NCBI GenBank assembly: GCA_038212275.1 | Contig: JBBQUR010000017.1 | Location: 32,001 to 96,000, forward strand | From: Planctomycetota bacterium | GTDB taxonomy: Bacteria; Planctomycetota; B15-G4 | DNA length: 64,000 nt | Direction of reading: 5' to 3' | Shown: in pieces, positions 53,648 to 62,161 of the stretch | How the letters are laid out: every line of letters starts with the position of its first letter | Position numbering within the stretch: the stretch's first letter is position 1 | Notes under the pieces: generated by a model | Seen by the model: the letters and a program-made list of their open reading frames with translations, nothing else | Told to the model about the DNA's origin: nothing | The model's database searches: none | Program-made: the position numbers and the translations under genes

Positions 53648-55918
53648 TCATGGTAGCCCGGGAACCGCAGACCACTGATACAGGTACGGAACGGGATCGT
53701 CGACCAGACTCCACATCGTGGTCTCCGTGTCACATGGGTTGCACACGTGCGGCAACAGCTCGGATCCGTTCAAGTAGACTTCATGCCATGGAAACTTGTC
53801 GTGGTTCATCAGGAGCGTGAATTCGATCGGTCCAAGTTGCCCAGTCAGTGGATCGTGCACCTGACGAAGCAACATCCCGCCATTGGCGTCAACATCGGGT
53901 GCGAATGAAAGGCCAAACAGTCCGGAGCACCCCGGCCCGACCGCAAAGCCAAATGGCAGCACTGCTGCCTGATGCTCCCCTGAGGATGCGGGCAACTCGT
54001 CATACGTTGGCGGCACGAATGTGTGCACGGGGCCCTCTTCTGGACCGCAGATCACCATTGATAAGTACTCCCACACCACGTGGCAGAATTTTTGACACCA
54101 AGTTCCCTCGCTGTTCTCCGGAAGGCAATTGTCAACTATGCTGGACAACGCATGGCTGGTGACATATGTCTGCGGGGTGATTCCGCTCCATGAGAGCTTG
54201 AATGTCATCATTCCGCGACTTGCCGAGTTCTGGTAACCATACGTCCTGGCATCTCCCGTTGTGAAAATGACCGGCAATACGAGAGGCATGTATTCGCACT
54301 GCAGAAATGCTCGGTAGGAAACTTCGATGTCCGGAAGTTCTGATACGGCAACAACGTGTCCGGCCGTAAATTGATCGCCGCCCGGTGCAGTGTACAGCAA
54401 CGAAACGGTGATGGATTGCGAATCGAACGACTGCCACGTCACCAAGTGCGTAGTAGTCCCACTGATGGAATTTACAACGTGTCCTTGTGCATCCACCAAC
54501 GCCCCTGACGAAGCCCCTTCCGCGAGAGTCCACTCGTACGATCCATTTTCGGCACCGCCCACCTTCGTCAGGTCCGTCGAATGGCCAGCCACGAGCCGAC
54601 TGGCCCCGTCGATCGCGACTGGCGGCGCCCCGATATACACATCCTTCGACTTGCTCTTGTTGTTGTTTAGGCTTTGCTCGGTGCCCGCATTCACAAACCG
54701 AAGCCGGAACGCTCGCTTCTTTCCGTAGTTTTCCGGACCCGTGAGACTTCCACCCAGCACGATGATCTGAATCGGCGACGTCTTTACTCCTGACTGACAC
54801 GGGATGGCGCCGATGGGAATGAGGACGCCGGGCAGTGCTTGCCAGCTCCCGTTCTTCGCCTTCATCTCAACGAGCACTGCAGTATTGTCGCTTGTGGTCG
54901 ACGTTCCATTGTTCTGGTACTGGAACTGGAACTTCAGGACGCCGCCGCTGGACACAGTCGGCACGGTCGCAGGAGAGATCGGCTGAGGAGCCAGCCATAT
55001 CCAAGGATTGTTCGTGAAGGAGACATCTGCCTTGAGACTGATGGCGTCGCGCTCGCCCCATGGCGTATGGTAGAAGGGCACGCCAGCGGTTTCGCGTGCT
55101 TTCAACGCGAAGTAGCGCTTGCCGGCATAGTTCGGGAAAGTGAACGTCCGCGTGAATTCACTGATGGGCCATCCACCGTGGATCTGTCCCAGCGAGAAGG
55201 ATGCGACCCATTGCGGGTCGCCCGACATGTCCGACGTGGCTGCCGAATAGAGGTCCATGATAGCATCGGGCACCGCGAGCTCGCCCCCATTTATCAGCCG
55301 AAAGGTGGCAGTGGCCGGCGCGCCGCCGCAGATATGCTTCTCGTCTAGGATATCCAGCCAGCCCGCATGAATATCGGCGACATCGGGTCGCGTCAGGAAG
55401 AACTCCTGGGAAGGTGAGTGAGACGTGTCCAAGAACCCATTTATGTACGTCGTCAGGTTAAAACGCAGGTAGTGGAACCCCACCTTGAACTCTGTCGAGG
55501 GCAGAGTCGTCCAGAGGTTGTTCGGTGTAGGAGCGATTTCATCGCAGCCGAGACATGGCGGGATAGGAAGCGATGCATCCCAACTGGAAAATGTCGAGGT
55601 CGGCTTTTCGGAAATGGTTGGGTAGCCGTAGGATCCAATGCAAATTGGTGCTCCGTTCGAGTAGTTGCAGGGAGTGTGAGGAGCCTGCCTCGTGAATCGC
55701 ACCCAAACTTTTTCGTCACCGACCGTCATCGGTACATTGAACGAATTGGTATTCAAGTTTACTTGGGCTGGCGTTTTCCGATACCAAGTTACGTCGAGTG
55801 CGGTCCACGTCGATTGTGCCGACGCCGTGCCCACGCATCCCAAGACAATTAGGATCGCAGCCACGCGAGAGTTGAGGTGGAGCAACATGCCTGAAACTGA
55901 ACGATTTCCTTGTGGCAT
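53648..55918 (-). CDS. Large secreted hypothetical protein (CARDB/Ig-like domains, DUF3238-like C-terminus)
   Basis: Signal ...GTASA|Q; N.G...E...NNN CARDB-like motifs; C-terminal RAF...GD.R...SR and HDKFPWHEVY. Confidence 0.65.
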   Translation of the reverse strand: MPQGNRSVSGMLLHLNSRVAAILIVLGCVGTASAQSTWTALDVTWYRKTPAQVNLNTNSFNVPMTVGDEKVWVRFTRQAPHTPCNYSNGAPICIGSYGYPTISEKPTSTFSSWDASLPIPPCLGCDEIAPTPNNLWTTLPSTEFKVGFHYLRFNLTTYINGFLDTSHSPSQEFFLTRPDVADIHAGWLDILDEKHICGGAPATATFRLINGGELAVPDAIMDLYSAATSDMSGDPQWVASFSLGQIHGGWPISEFTRTFTFPNYAGKRYFALKARETAGVPFYHTPWGERDAISLKADVSFTNNPWIWLAPQPISPATVPTVSSGGVLKFQFQYQNNGTSTTSDNTAVLVEMKAKNGSWQALPGVLIPIGAIPCQSGVKTSPIQIIVLGGSLTGPENYGKKRAFRLRFVNAGTEQSLNNNKSKSKDVYIGAPPVAIDGASRLVAGHSTDLTKVGGAENGSYEWTLAEGASSGALVDAQGHVVNSISGTTTHLVTWQSFDSQSITVSLLYTAPGGDQFTAGHVVAVSELPDIEVSYRAFLQCEYMPLVLPVIFTTGDARTYGYQNSASRGMMTFKLSWSGITPQTYVTSHALSSIVDNCLPENSEGTWCQKFCHVVWEYLSMVICGPEEGPVHTFVPPTYDELPASSGEHQAAVLPFGFAVGPGCSGLFGLSFAPDVDANGGMLLRQVHDPLTGQLGPIEFTLLMNHDKFPWHEVYLNGSELLPHVCNPCDTETTMWSLVDDPVPYLYQWSAVPGLP

Positions 55919-55929
55919 CGTGAGGCGAT

Positions 55930-56232
55930 TCAGTAGTCGATTACTGTGTCGATCAGGATCGACGAGTTCGTCAGAAGCCTACTCTCATCCGGACCCTCGA
56001 GTTCAATATCGTCGTCCTGGCGGACGCCGGGATCCGCCTCGAAGTCCGCATTGATGGTATCTGGGTCCGGGATGCCTGCGGCGCCATCACCATCGGGGGG
56101 GTCGTCAACGGGGGCTGGAACATGAAGGTTTGCTGCTTCGAGACGAGACGGCGTCATTGTCACAACCGCTCCGACAACCAGCGTCACCGAAGCTGCTAAG
56201 ACAAATGCCGAGGAACGGATGCCTTTCGCCAT
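55930..56232 (-). CDS. Small secreted acidic protein
   Basis: AGGAG RBS; signal peptide; Asp/Pro-rich mature part. Confidence 0.6.
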   Translation of the reverse strand: MAKGIRSSAFVLAASVTLVVGAVVTMTPSRLEAANLHVPAPVDDPPDGDGAAGIPDPDTINADFEADPGVRQDDDIELEGPDESRLLTNSSILIDTVIDY

Positions 56233-56720
56233 GGATTCACTCCTGTTCGAGATCACCGTGTCATCCCCGGTGCGGCACAGCGCCGAACGCCTGATCAACC
56301 CAAACTCAGCCTCTGTAGCCGTATCCGGTTATAGACCTTTCCGCACCGGAGATGGTCCCACGCATGCGGCAGTCGGTCAAGCGCTGCGAGCACCAATCCG
56401 CGGAGCATGCCGTGCGGTGGTTCGCCAATGAGGCCGCAAAGTGCATTTCTGGCACTTCCGGCTTTCGTGTGGGTAGCTGGGACGCCATCACCCACCGTTT
56501 CGACCTGCGTCGGTAGCTGTTCACGACGCATCCCGCCCCTGGCCCGAGGGCCCCAGGCCGGACTTGCCCTTTCCGCCCTAACCTTGATGTGTCGAGTAGA
56601 TCAGATGGGATGAGAAGGCCAGCCTCCTTCGCGGGATACCTGTGGGGTTCCCATCGTCATCACGAGCTCGAGGGCTCACAGACAGAAGGAGGCTGATCCT
56701 TGGAAAAGGCTACCACGACC

Positions 56721-57782
56721 ATGTCCACCCTGACCATCGGCATCGACCTTGGCGACCGGCACAGCCACCTGTGCCTGCTCGACGACGGCGGCAAGGTCAT
56801 CGAGGAATCCCGACTGGCGACCACGCCGGAAGCGTTCCGAGGCCGCTTCGCCGGACTTTCGAAGACTCGCGTCGCGATCGAGGTCGGGACGCATTCACCT
56901 TGGATCTCTGCGCTGCTGGCGGAGCTGGGCCATGAAGTGCTCGTCGCCAACCCGCGCAAGCTGCGCATGATCTACCGCAACGACAGCAAGAATGACCGCT
57001 GCGATGCCGAGCAACTTGCGCGAGTGGCGCGCATGGATCCGAGCCTGTTGTATCCGATCGAGCACCGCGGCCGGCAGGCGGCCGTCGACCTTGCCGTGCT
57101 GCGCTCGCGAGACACGCTGGTCGCGGCGCGCACACGCCTCGTCAACCATGTGCGCGGCACGCTGAAGGCCCTTGGCCTGCGCGCGAAAAAGTGCTCCACG
57201 CCGTCGTTCGACAAGCAGGTGCCCGAAGCGATCCCCGAGGAGCTGCAGCCGGCGCTGGCTCCCATCCTCACCGCGATCGGCGAGCTGACGACGGCAATCA
57301 AGGGCTACGACAAGGTCATCGCCACACTGTGTCGCGACTCGTATCAGGAGACCGAGCTGTTACGTGCTGTCCCCGGTGTTGGTCCCGTGACCGCGCTGAG
57401 TTTCGTGCTGACTCTGGAGGATCCAATCCGGTTCAAGAAGAGCCGCGCTGTCGGAGCCTTCTTAGGATTGCGGCCGAAGCAGCGGCAGTCCGGCAGCAGC
57501 GATCCCGAGCTGCGCATCACGAAAGCCGGTGACCGGGATCTGCGACGCCTGCTGGTGCAGAGTGCGCAGTACACCTTGGGGCCCTTCGGCAAGGACTCCG
57601 ACCTGCGGCGCTGGGGTCTCGCACTGGCGGCGCGCGGCGGAAAAGCCGCCAAGAAACGCGCGGTCGTCGCCGTGGCGCGCAAACTGGCGGTGCTGCTGCA
57701 CCGCCTGTGGGTGACCGCTGAGGTCTACGAGCCGCTGCGCCAAGCCGGGAAAGTCGACAGCCGCAAAGCAATACCTGCGTAA
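56721..57782 (+). CDS. IS110 family transposase/recombinase
   Basis: TIGIDLG, AIEVG, KNDRCDA (DEDD), VPGVGP, GL.P.QRQSG, ITKAG, VAVARKL. Confidence 0.96.
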   Translation: MSTLTIGIDLGDRHSHLCLLDDGGKVIEESRLATTPEAFRGRFAGLSKTRVAIEVGTHSPWISALLAELGHEVLVANPRKLRMIYRNDSKNDRCDAEQLARVARMDPSLLYPIEHRGRQAAVDLAVLRSRDTLVAARTRLVNHVRGTLKALGLRAKKCSTPSFDKQVPEAIPEELQPALAPILTAIGELTTAIKGYDKVIATLCRDSYQETELLRAVPGVGPVTALSFVLTLEDPIRFKKSRAVGAFLGLRPKQRQSGSSDPELRITKAGDRDLRRLLVQSAQYTLGPFGKDSDLRRWGLALAARGGKAAKKRAVVAVARKLAVLLHRLWVTAEVYEPLRQAGKVDSRKAIPA

Positions 57783-57840
57783 TTATCCAACACCTGAATC
57801 TCTGGAGAACGAAAGCCGGCGCACCGCGAGCGAGTCTCGG

Positions 57841-58064
57841 GTGATTCCTGGAACACAATCGAACTGCATTCAACCGCCCAGTCCGGGTGACTGCGACGAA
57901 TGGCTAGGCCAGACGTGCACTCACGTGCCCCGAAGGTCGCAGATCAGATGGCAGCATCCGCACTGGACGGACCCCAACAAGCACCGAGCCGCAACCACGC
58001 TGGGCTCATCAAGAGTGCGCATGGAAGCACGGCGGACGATGCGCTTCGATCCACCAGGAATCAC
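57841..58064 (+). ncRNA. Putative bridge RNA / seekRNA of the IS1111-type element
   Basis: Nested stems gtgattcctgg/ccaggaatcac, atcgaa/ttcgat, ccgcc/ggcgg, ctgcgac/gtcgcag; internal segments match the element's junction sequences. Confidence 0.7.
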
Positions 58065-58358
58065 TTGACGCGTAGGGCCTTCTCATGGAAGCCATTCGGC
58101 TTCACCCGCACAGATCGGGACTGCCGCTTTCCCGCATTCGGCTCTTCCGGGAGGTGTCCTGAATCCAGCTACGTCGGATCGCTAAGGTGCACGGAGACGG
58201 AGTCTGGAGAGAGGGTAGCGCGCGAGCAGGGCATTAAACCGTCATGGGGGCAGGCCGTGATTCCCACCTTGCCGGCTCCGGCTGACGTGGAGCGCGAGGG
58301 CAGAGACGCACGTTGGCCGAAGTAAGGCCTCAGCCGATCGTGGGCGGACTTCGCTGCT

Positions 58359-59363
58359 TCACGAGGTAGTGCCCTTCAGTGCGTTGCTAGCCGAAAAGCC
58401 AAAGCTCGCCGTGGGATCGGAGACCCACACTTGGAAAAAGATCTCTGTGCCAGGCGGTAGGCCGGACGGCAAGGTGAACGCGAAAGCAGCCGATCCAAGC
58501 CCGTCCGTGCCAAGGGGAAGGAAGAGCACCGGATTGGGAACCATGACACCGCCTTTGAACGGGGCATCTAGTTCCGAAACGCCGACGACCAGCGTGGCCG
58601 CCGAGAAAGGTCGCGCCTTGCTCAGATTCAGGTGGTTCACCGAGCCAGCGTAGAGAAATCCATCGGCGGTCAGCCACGGCACGCCCTGCGATCCGCTCTT
58701 TCCGTGGTCGAGATCCGTCCAGGTCTGCGGCCCATCCACCCGAAACGCGATCTCGTTGGCGATCGTTCCGAAGCCGTTGCCATAGTTGGTGAGCGTGCAT
58801 TCGATGTATTGAGCGGTGACAGGAAGAAACGGCAGGATGATCGCATCCGCATTCGGTGTGGGAAGGTTGAAATAGCTGCCTACGTTGATGGCACCGCTAG
58901 AAAAGTCGCCATCTAGGTCAGCCCGCACCACCATAGTGCTGATCGCCTGGCTGTGGAAATTGCTGCCTTGCCACAGGGCGATGGCAGAGACCTGATAGGC
59001 AGCGCCAAGATCAAAGACCATCACTCCCGACGACACGAATGCTGCCGAGTTCCACGACCCCAGACCGTGGTGAGGCGTCGCCGGGACAAACACGTCGAAG
59101 TTCGTGATGCCACTCGCATACGGCGCGTCCAATCCCGATTGATCGACGAGATGCACGGCCTCGAGCCCTGGCTGCTCCCCCATCGAGTTCGATGCGATCG
59201 TTGGCTGAACAATGAACTGCGCGGCAGCACTTCCTACGGATGCCAAGACCCCGAGCAGCGCACTGATGCCCAAAGCAACGCTGCTAGGGCGGCCCGATCC
59301 GACGATCTGGCCTCTGCCGAGATTCGGCCACATTGCCTGACGTTGATACAGTCTGTCATTCAT
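58359..59363 (-). CDS. Secreted protein (discoidin-like N-terminal domain) with shared C-terminal PFKGG domain
   Basis: Signal ...GSAAA|Q; DQSGL..Y.SG.T.FD, FDLG..Y.V..IALW, EIAF; C-terminus PFKGGVMVP...SNALKGTTS. Confidence 0.75.
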   Translation of the reverse strand: MNDRLYQRQAMWPNLGRGQIVGSGRPSSVALGISALLGVLASVGSAAAQFIVQPTIASNSMGEQPGLEAVHLVDQSGLDAPYASGITNFDVFVPATPHHGLGSWNSAAFVSSGVMVFDLGAAYQVSAIALWQGSNFHSQAISTMVVRADLDGDFSSGAINVGSYFNLPTPNADAIILPFLPVTAQYIECTLTNYGNGFGTIANEIAFRVDGPQTWTDLDHGKSGSQGVPWLTADGFLYAGSVNHLNLSKARPFSAATLVVGVSELDAPFKGGVMVPNPVLFLPLGTDGLGSAAFAFTLPSGLPPGTEIFFQVWVSDPTASFGFSASNALKGTTS

Positions 59364-59462
59364 GGCGCGTCATCCTTGGTGGAGGGGCACTCGTCGCAAT
59401 CGCTCACCGAGAGACAGGGGATCGCCGGAGTAAAACGAAGGTGTTTCCTTACGCCCTACAGA

Positions 59463-62054
59463 CTACGGAGTGACGGCCGACAGGCCATTTGTCGCCGAGA
59501 ACCCGACCGGACCTCCTGCATCGGCAATCCAGGCCTGCATCACGATCTCTGTCCCGACCGGGAGACCCGACGGCCATGGAAACGTGAGGTCGAAGCCCCC
59601 CGTTGCCGGCACGACGAACTCAATAATGAGAACAGGTTCTGGGATCAGCGTGCCACCCTTCAGCGGCAACGCGACTTGGCTCAGCCCGACAACCAGAAAG
59701 GCGGGCGCGTTGGCCACCGCATGATTCAGCGCCAGTGACGTCACACCGCCCGCCACCAGATCGCCGCTACCAATGAAGTGTGGCTCGATGCCGCCCCTGC
59801 TTGCCAAGCCGTGTCCGAGGTCCGTCCACGGCGCACAGTTGAACTTGAGCACGAAGCCCATGTTGGCATCCCCCGTACCGAAGTCGGGCATGAAGGAGCC
59901 TGGTGTCGTCGGAAAGTCCGGGGCATGCGTGTACCCGGCCACAATGGCATCTCCAAGCTCATCCACCGCCACCACCAGCGGAAACTCGTAGAGCGTCGAA
60001 CCTCCGAAGTAAGTGCAGTAAAGGAGACTCGATCCATCGGCCGAGAGTTCGGCGAAGTACGCGCCGTCGTTTCCGCTGAGCGCAGGATCAAAGGCATCTG
60101 GAGTGACGGGCAGATTGGTGCTGAATGTTCGGCCCGCAATGAAGAGGCGCTGCTGGGCATCGACCGCGATCGAGAAGCTCTGGTCCGTCCCCGAGCCACC
60201 AAAGAACGTGCCATAATCGAGTGCTCTGCCGTCCGGTGACAGCTTCGCGATGAACGCATCGTGGTCGCCGTTGAAAGTGACGTCGAAGGCTCCCGGTGTC
60301 GTGGGAAACGTGGATCCGTCCGTATCCCCCGTGACGTAAGCAGACCCACTGGAGTCCACGGCGATGCCGTACACGATCTCGATCCCGGCACTTCCGAACG
60401 TGGACGAGTAAACGAGTGCATTCCCGTCGAAGTCGAACTTGTAAACAAACACGTGTTCGCTTGAGGTATGAAAAGCCCCTGGCGTCTTGATGTACCCGGA
60501 GCCGGCATGGCCCGTCACATAAGCGTGACCCACTGCGTCCAGCGCGAGGCCCTTCGTGGTGCTGGCACCCGGTACGAACGTGGAATACTCGAGAGTTGAG
60601 CCGTCCGCACTCAGTCTGCCCAAGCTGCCGGCAACCCCTATCGGCGGCATGATTGACACGAACGCGTTGGGAGTCACCGGATAGTCCGAGGACCACGTCT
60701 TGCCGGCGAAGCATGCTCGCCCCTCGTCGTCTACGCCCATGCCAAGAATGGCGTCTTGCTTACTGCCGCCAATCATCGTTGAGAAGACAAGATCGGAGCC
60801 GTCGGCAGCAAGTCTGACTATGTATCCGTCAGTCAGGCCGCTAAGCACCGAATCAAAGGCGCCTTGGGTGGTCGGAAAGTTCGTCGAACCCGTCGAACCC
60901 GCGACCGTCACTTCACCGTCATTAACTACGGAAATCTGCGACGGCGCGTCCTGAGTATCGTTCCCCCCAATATAGGTCGCATAGACTATCGAATCCCCTG
61001 CCGCGGACATCTTCGCTACGAATCCATCCGGCTTGAACGATCCGATTGTCGTAGAGAAGGCTCCCGGAGTCACCGGGAAGTCGGTCCCGGACGAGGTGCC
61101 GCCGCCTAGGTAAATGTATCCGAAGGCGTCCACAGCCGTGCAGTTGACCTCGTCTGCGCTGCTCCCGCCGATGAATGTGCCGAAGATCAGTTCAGGGTCA
61201 ATCACGAGCGGGAGCGATGGCTCGCGTCCTTCCACCTCGAAGCCGAATCGCTGGGGGTCGATCAGTCGGTAGCGACACGCCACCCGGCGCTCAGCGCCGC
61301 GATTGTCCAGTTCCCACGTCGGGGGCGGGGCCTGGTGTATCGGGCCGCCCGCCGTGTCGATGCACAACGTGCCGTCGGACTGCAGGGAAAGCCCCTCGGC
61401 GCCGTCGACACGGATGACGAACGACGCAAGATCAGCCCCCGGAGCCAGGCTCACGTCATACTCCAAATGGCCCGACTCGCCGCTAAGTTCGACGCTGACC
61501 CCCGGATACAAGTCGTCCCACCGAAGGCGACTGTGACCGACGACGCCTTTGACCCACCGCGCCGGATCATTGCCCAGGAAGTAGCTGAATCGCGTGGCCG
61601 TGGGTTCCAAGGCACGGACGAAGGCACACGACGCGGCGTTCTCGAAAGTCAGGGCCACGTTGGCGGCCAGAACCGGACTCATGGCACCGGATTCTCCGGT
61701 CTCCTCGCCGACACCGTACTCACTCCGCGGCGTGGCAAGCCGTGGCGCGGACTTCGCCGTGGTCAGCACCAAGCCCGCGTTGGTAATCCAACTCATGGCG
61801 TGCGGCGCGCCCACGACGAAGCGCGCCGGCTCGGGAAACTGTCCCCGATTCTCGACGAACTGCACGGGTAGCACTCCGAAGGACTTTGCATGCGGCTGCA
61901 TGACGGGTTGGGTTGGTTCAACCCGAACCGTCCTCTGTTCTGCCGTGAGCGACGCTCGTTCGATACACTCGCGCTGCGTGCCGCCGTGGGCTGAAAGCAG
62001 TCGGAGCGTCAAGCACGCAGTGCCGACGACGACCGCGAACCACTTGATGTTCAT
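59463..62054 (-). CDS. Secreted SBBP (beta-propeller) repeat protein with shared C-terminal PLKGG domain
   Basis: FVENRGQ, SYFLGNDP, LYPGV, LEYD, LVIDP, then repeats of Y.T..GG...D...IAVD..G..Y..G.T....FPTTPGAFD; C-terminus PLKGGTLIP...TNGLSAVTP. Confidence 0.88.
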   Translation of the reverse strand: MNIKWFAVVVGTACLTLRLLSAHGGTQRECIERASLTAEQRTVRVEPTQPVMQPHAKSFGVLPVQFVENRGQFPEPARFVVGAPHAMSWITNAGLVLTTAKSAPRLATPRSEYGVGEETGESGAMSPVLAANVALTFENAASCAFVRALEPTATRFSYFLGNDPARWVKGVVGHSRLRWDDLYPGVSVELSGESGHLEYDVSLAPGADLASFVIRVDGAEGLSLQSDGTLCIDTAGGPIHQAPPPTWELDNRGAERRVACRYRLIDPQRFGFEVEGREPSLPLVIDPELIFGTFIGGSSADEVNCTAVDAFGYIYLGGGTSSGTDFPVTPGAFSTTIGSFKPDGFVAKMSAAGDSIVYATYIGGNDTQDAPSQISVVNDGEVTVAGSTGSTNFPTTQGAFDSVLSGLTDGYIVRLAADGSDLVFSTMIGGSKQDAILGMGVDDEGRACFAGKTWSSDYPVTPNAFVSIMPPIGVAGSLGRLSADGSTLEYSTFVPGASTTKGLALDAVGHAYVTGHAGSGYIKTPGAFHTSSEHVFVYKFDFDGNALVYSSTFGSAGIEIVYGIAVDSSGSAYVTGDTDGSTFPTTPGAFDVTFNGDHDAFIAKLSPDGRALDYGTFFGGSGTDQSFSIAVDAQQRLFIAGRTFSTNLPVTPDAFDPALSGNDGAYFAELSADGSSLLYCTYFGGSTLYEFPLVVAVDELGDAIVAGYTHAPDFPTTPGSFMPDFGTGDANMGFVLKFNCAPWTDLGHGLASRGGIEPHFIGSGDLVAGGVTSLALNHAVANAPAFLVVGLSQVALPLKGGTLIPEPVLIIEFVVPATGGFDLTFPWPSGLPVGTEIVMQAWIADAGGPVGFSATNGLSAVTP

Positions 62055-62161
62055 CAACAACCCTCTTGGTGCCCTGGCCGCCTCGACGTGCCACCCGCTA
62101 GTCTACACCAGGCTGCGAACGCTCTTCGTCTGCGATGCGAAGGGGGCCAAACCGGCCCCAA

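Larger units (their letters stand above)
56603..58091 (+). mobile_element. IS110-family insertion sequence, IS1111-type
   Basis: 11-bp subterminal inverted repeats atgagaaggcc (56610-56620) and ggccttctcat (58076-58086); DEDD recombinase gene; ~300-nt 3' non-coding region; outward TTGACG at 58065. Ends are approximate (AG core inferred at both junctions). Confidence 0.88.

Noticed and set aside
56590..58100. Target-site duplication flanking the IS
   Set aside because: Only a shared AG dinucleotide is seen, which fits an IS110-family core rather than a DDE-type duplication.
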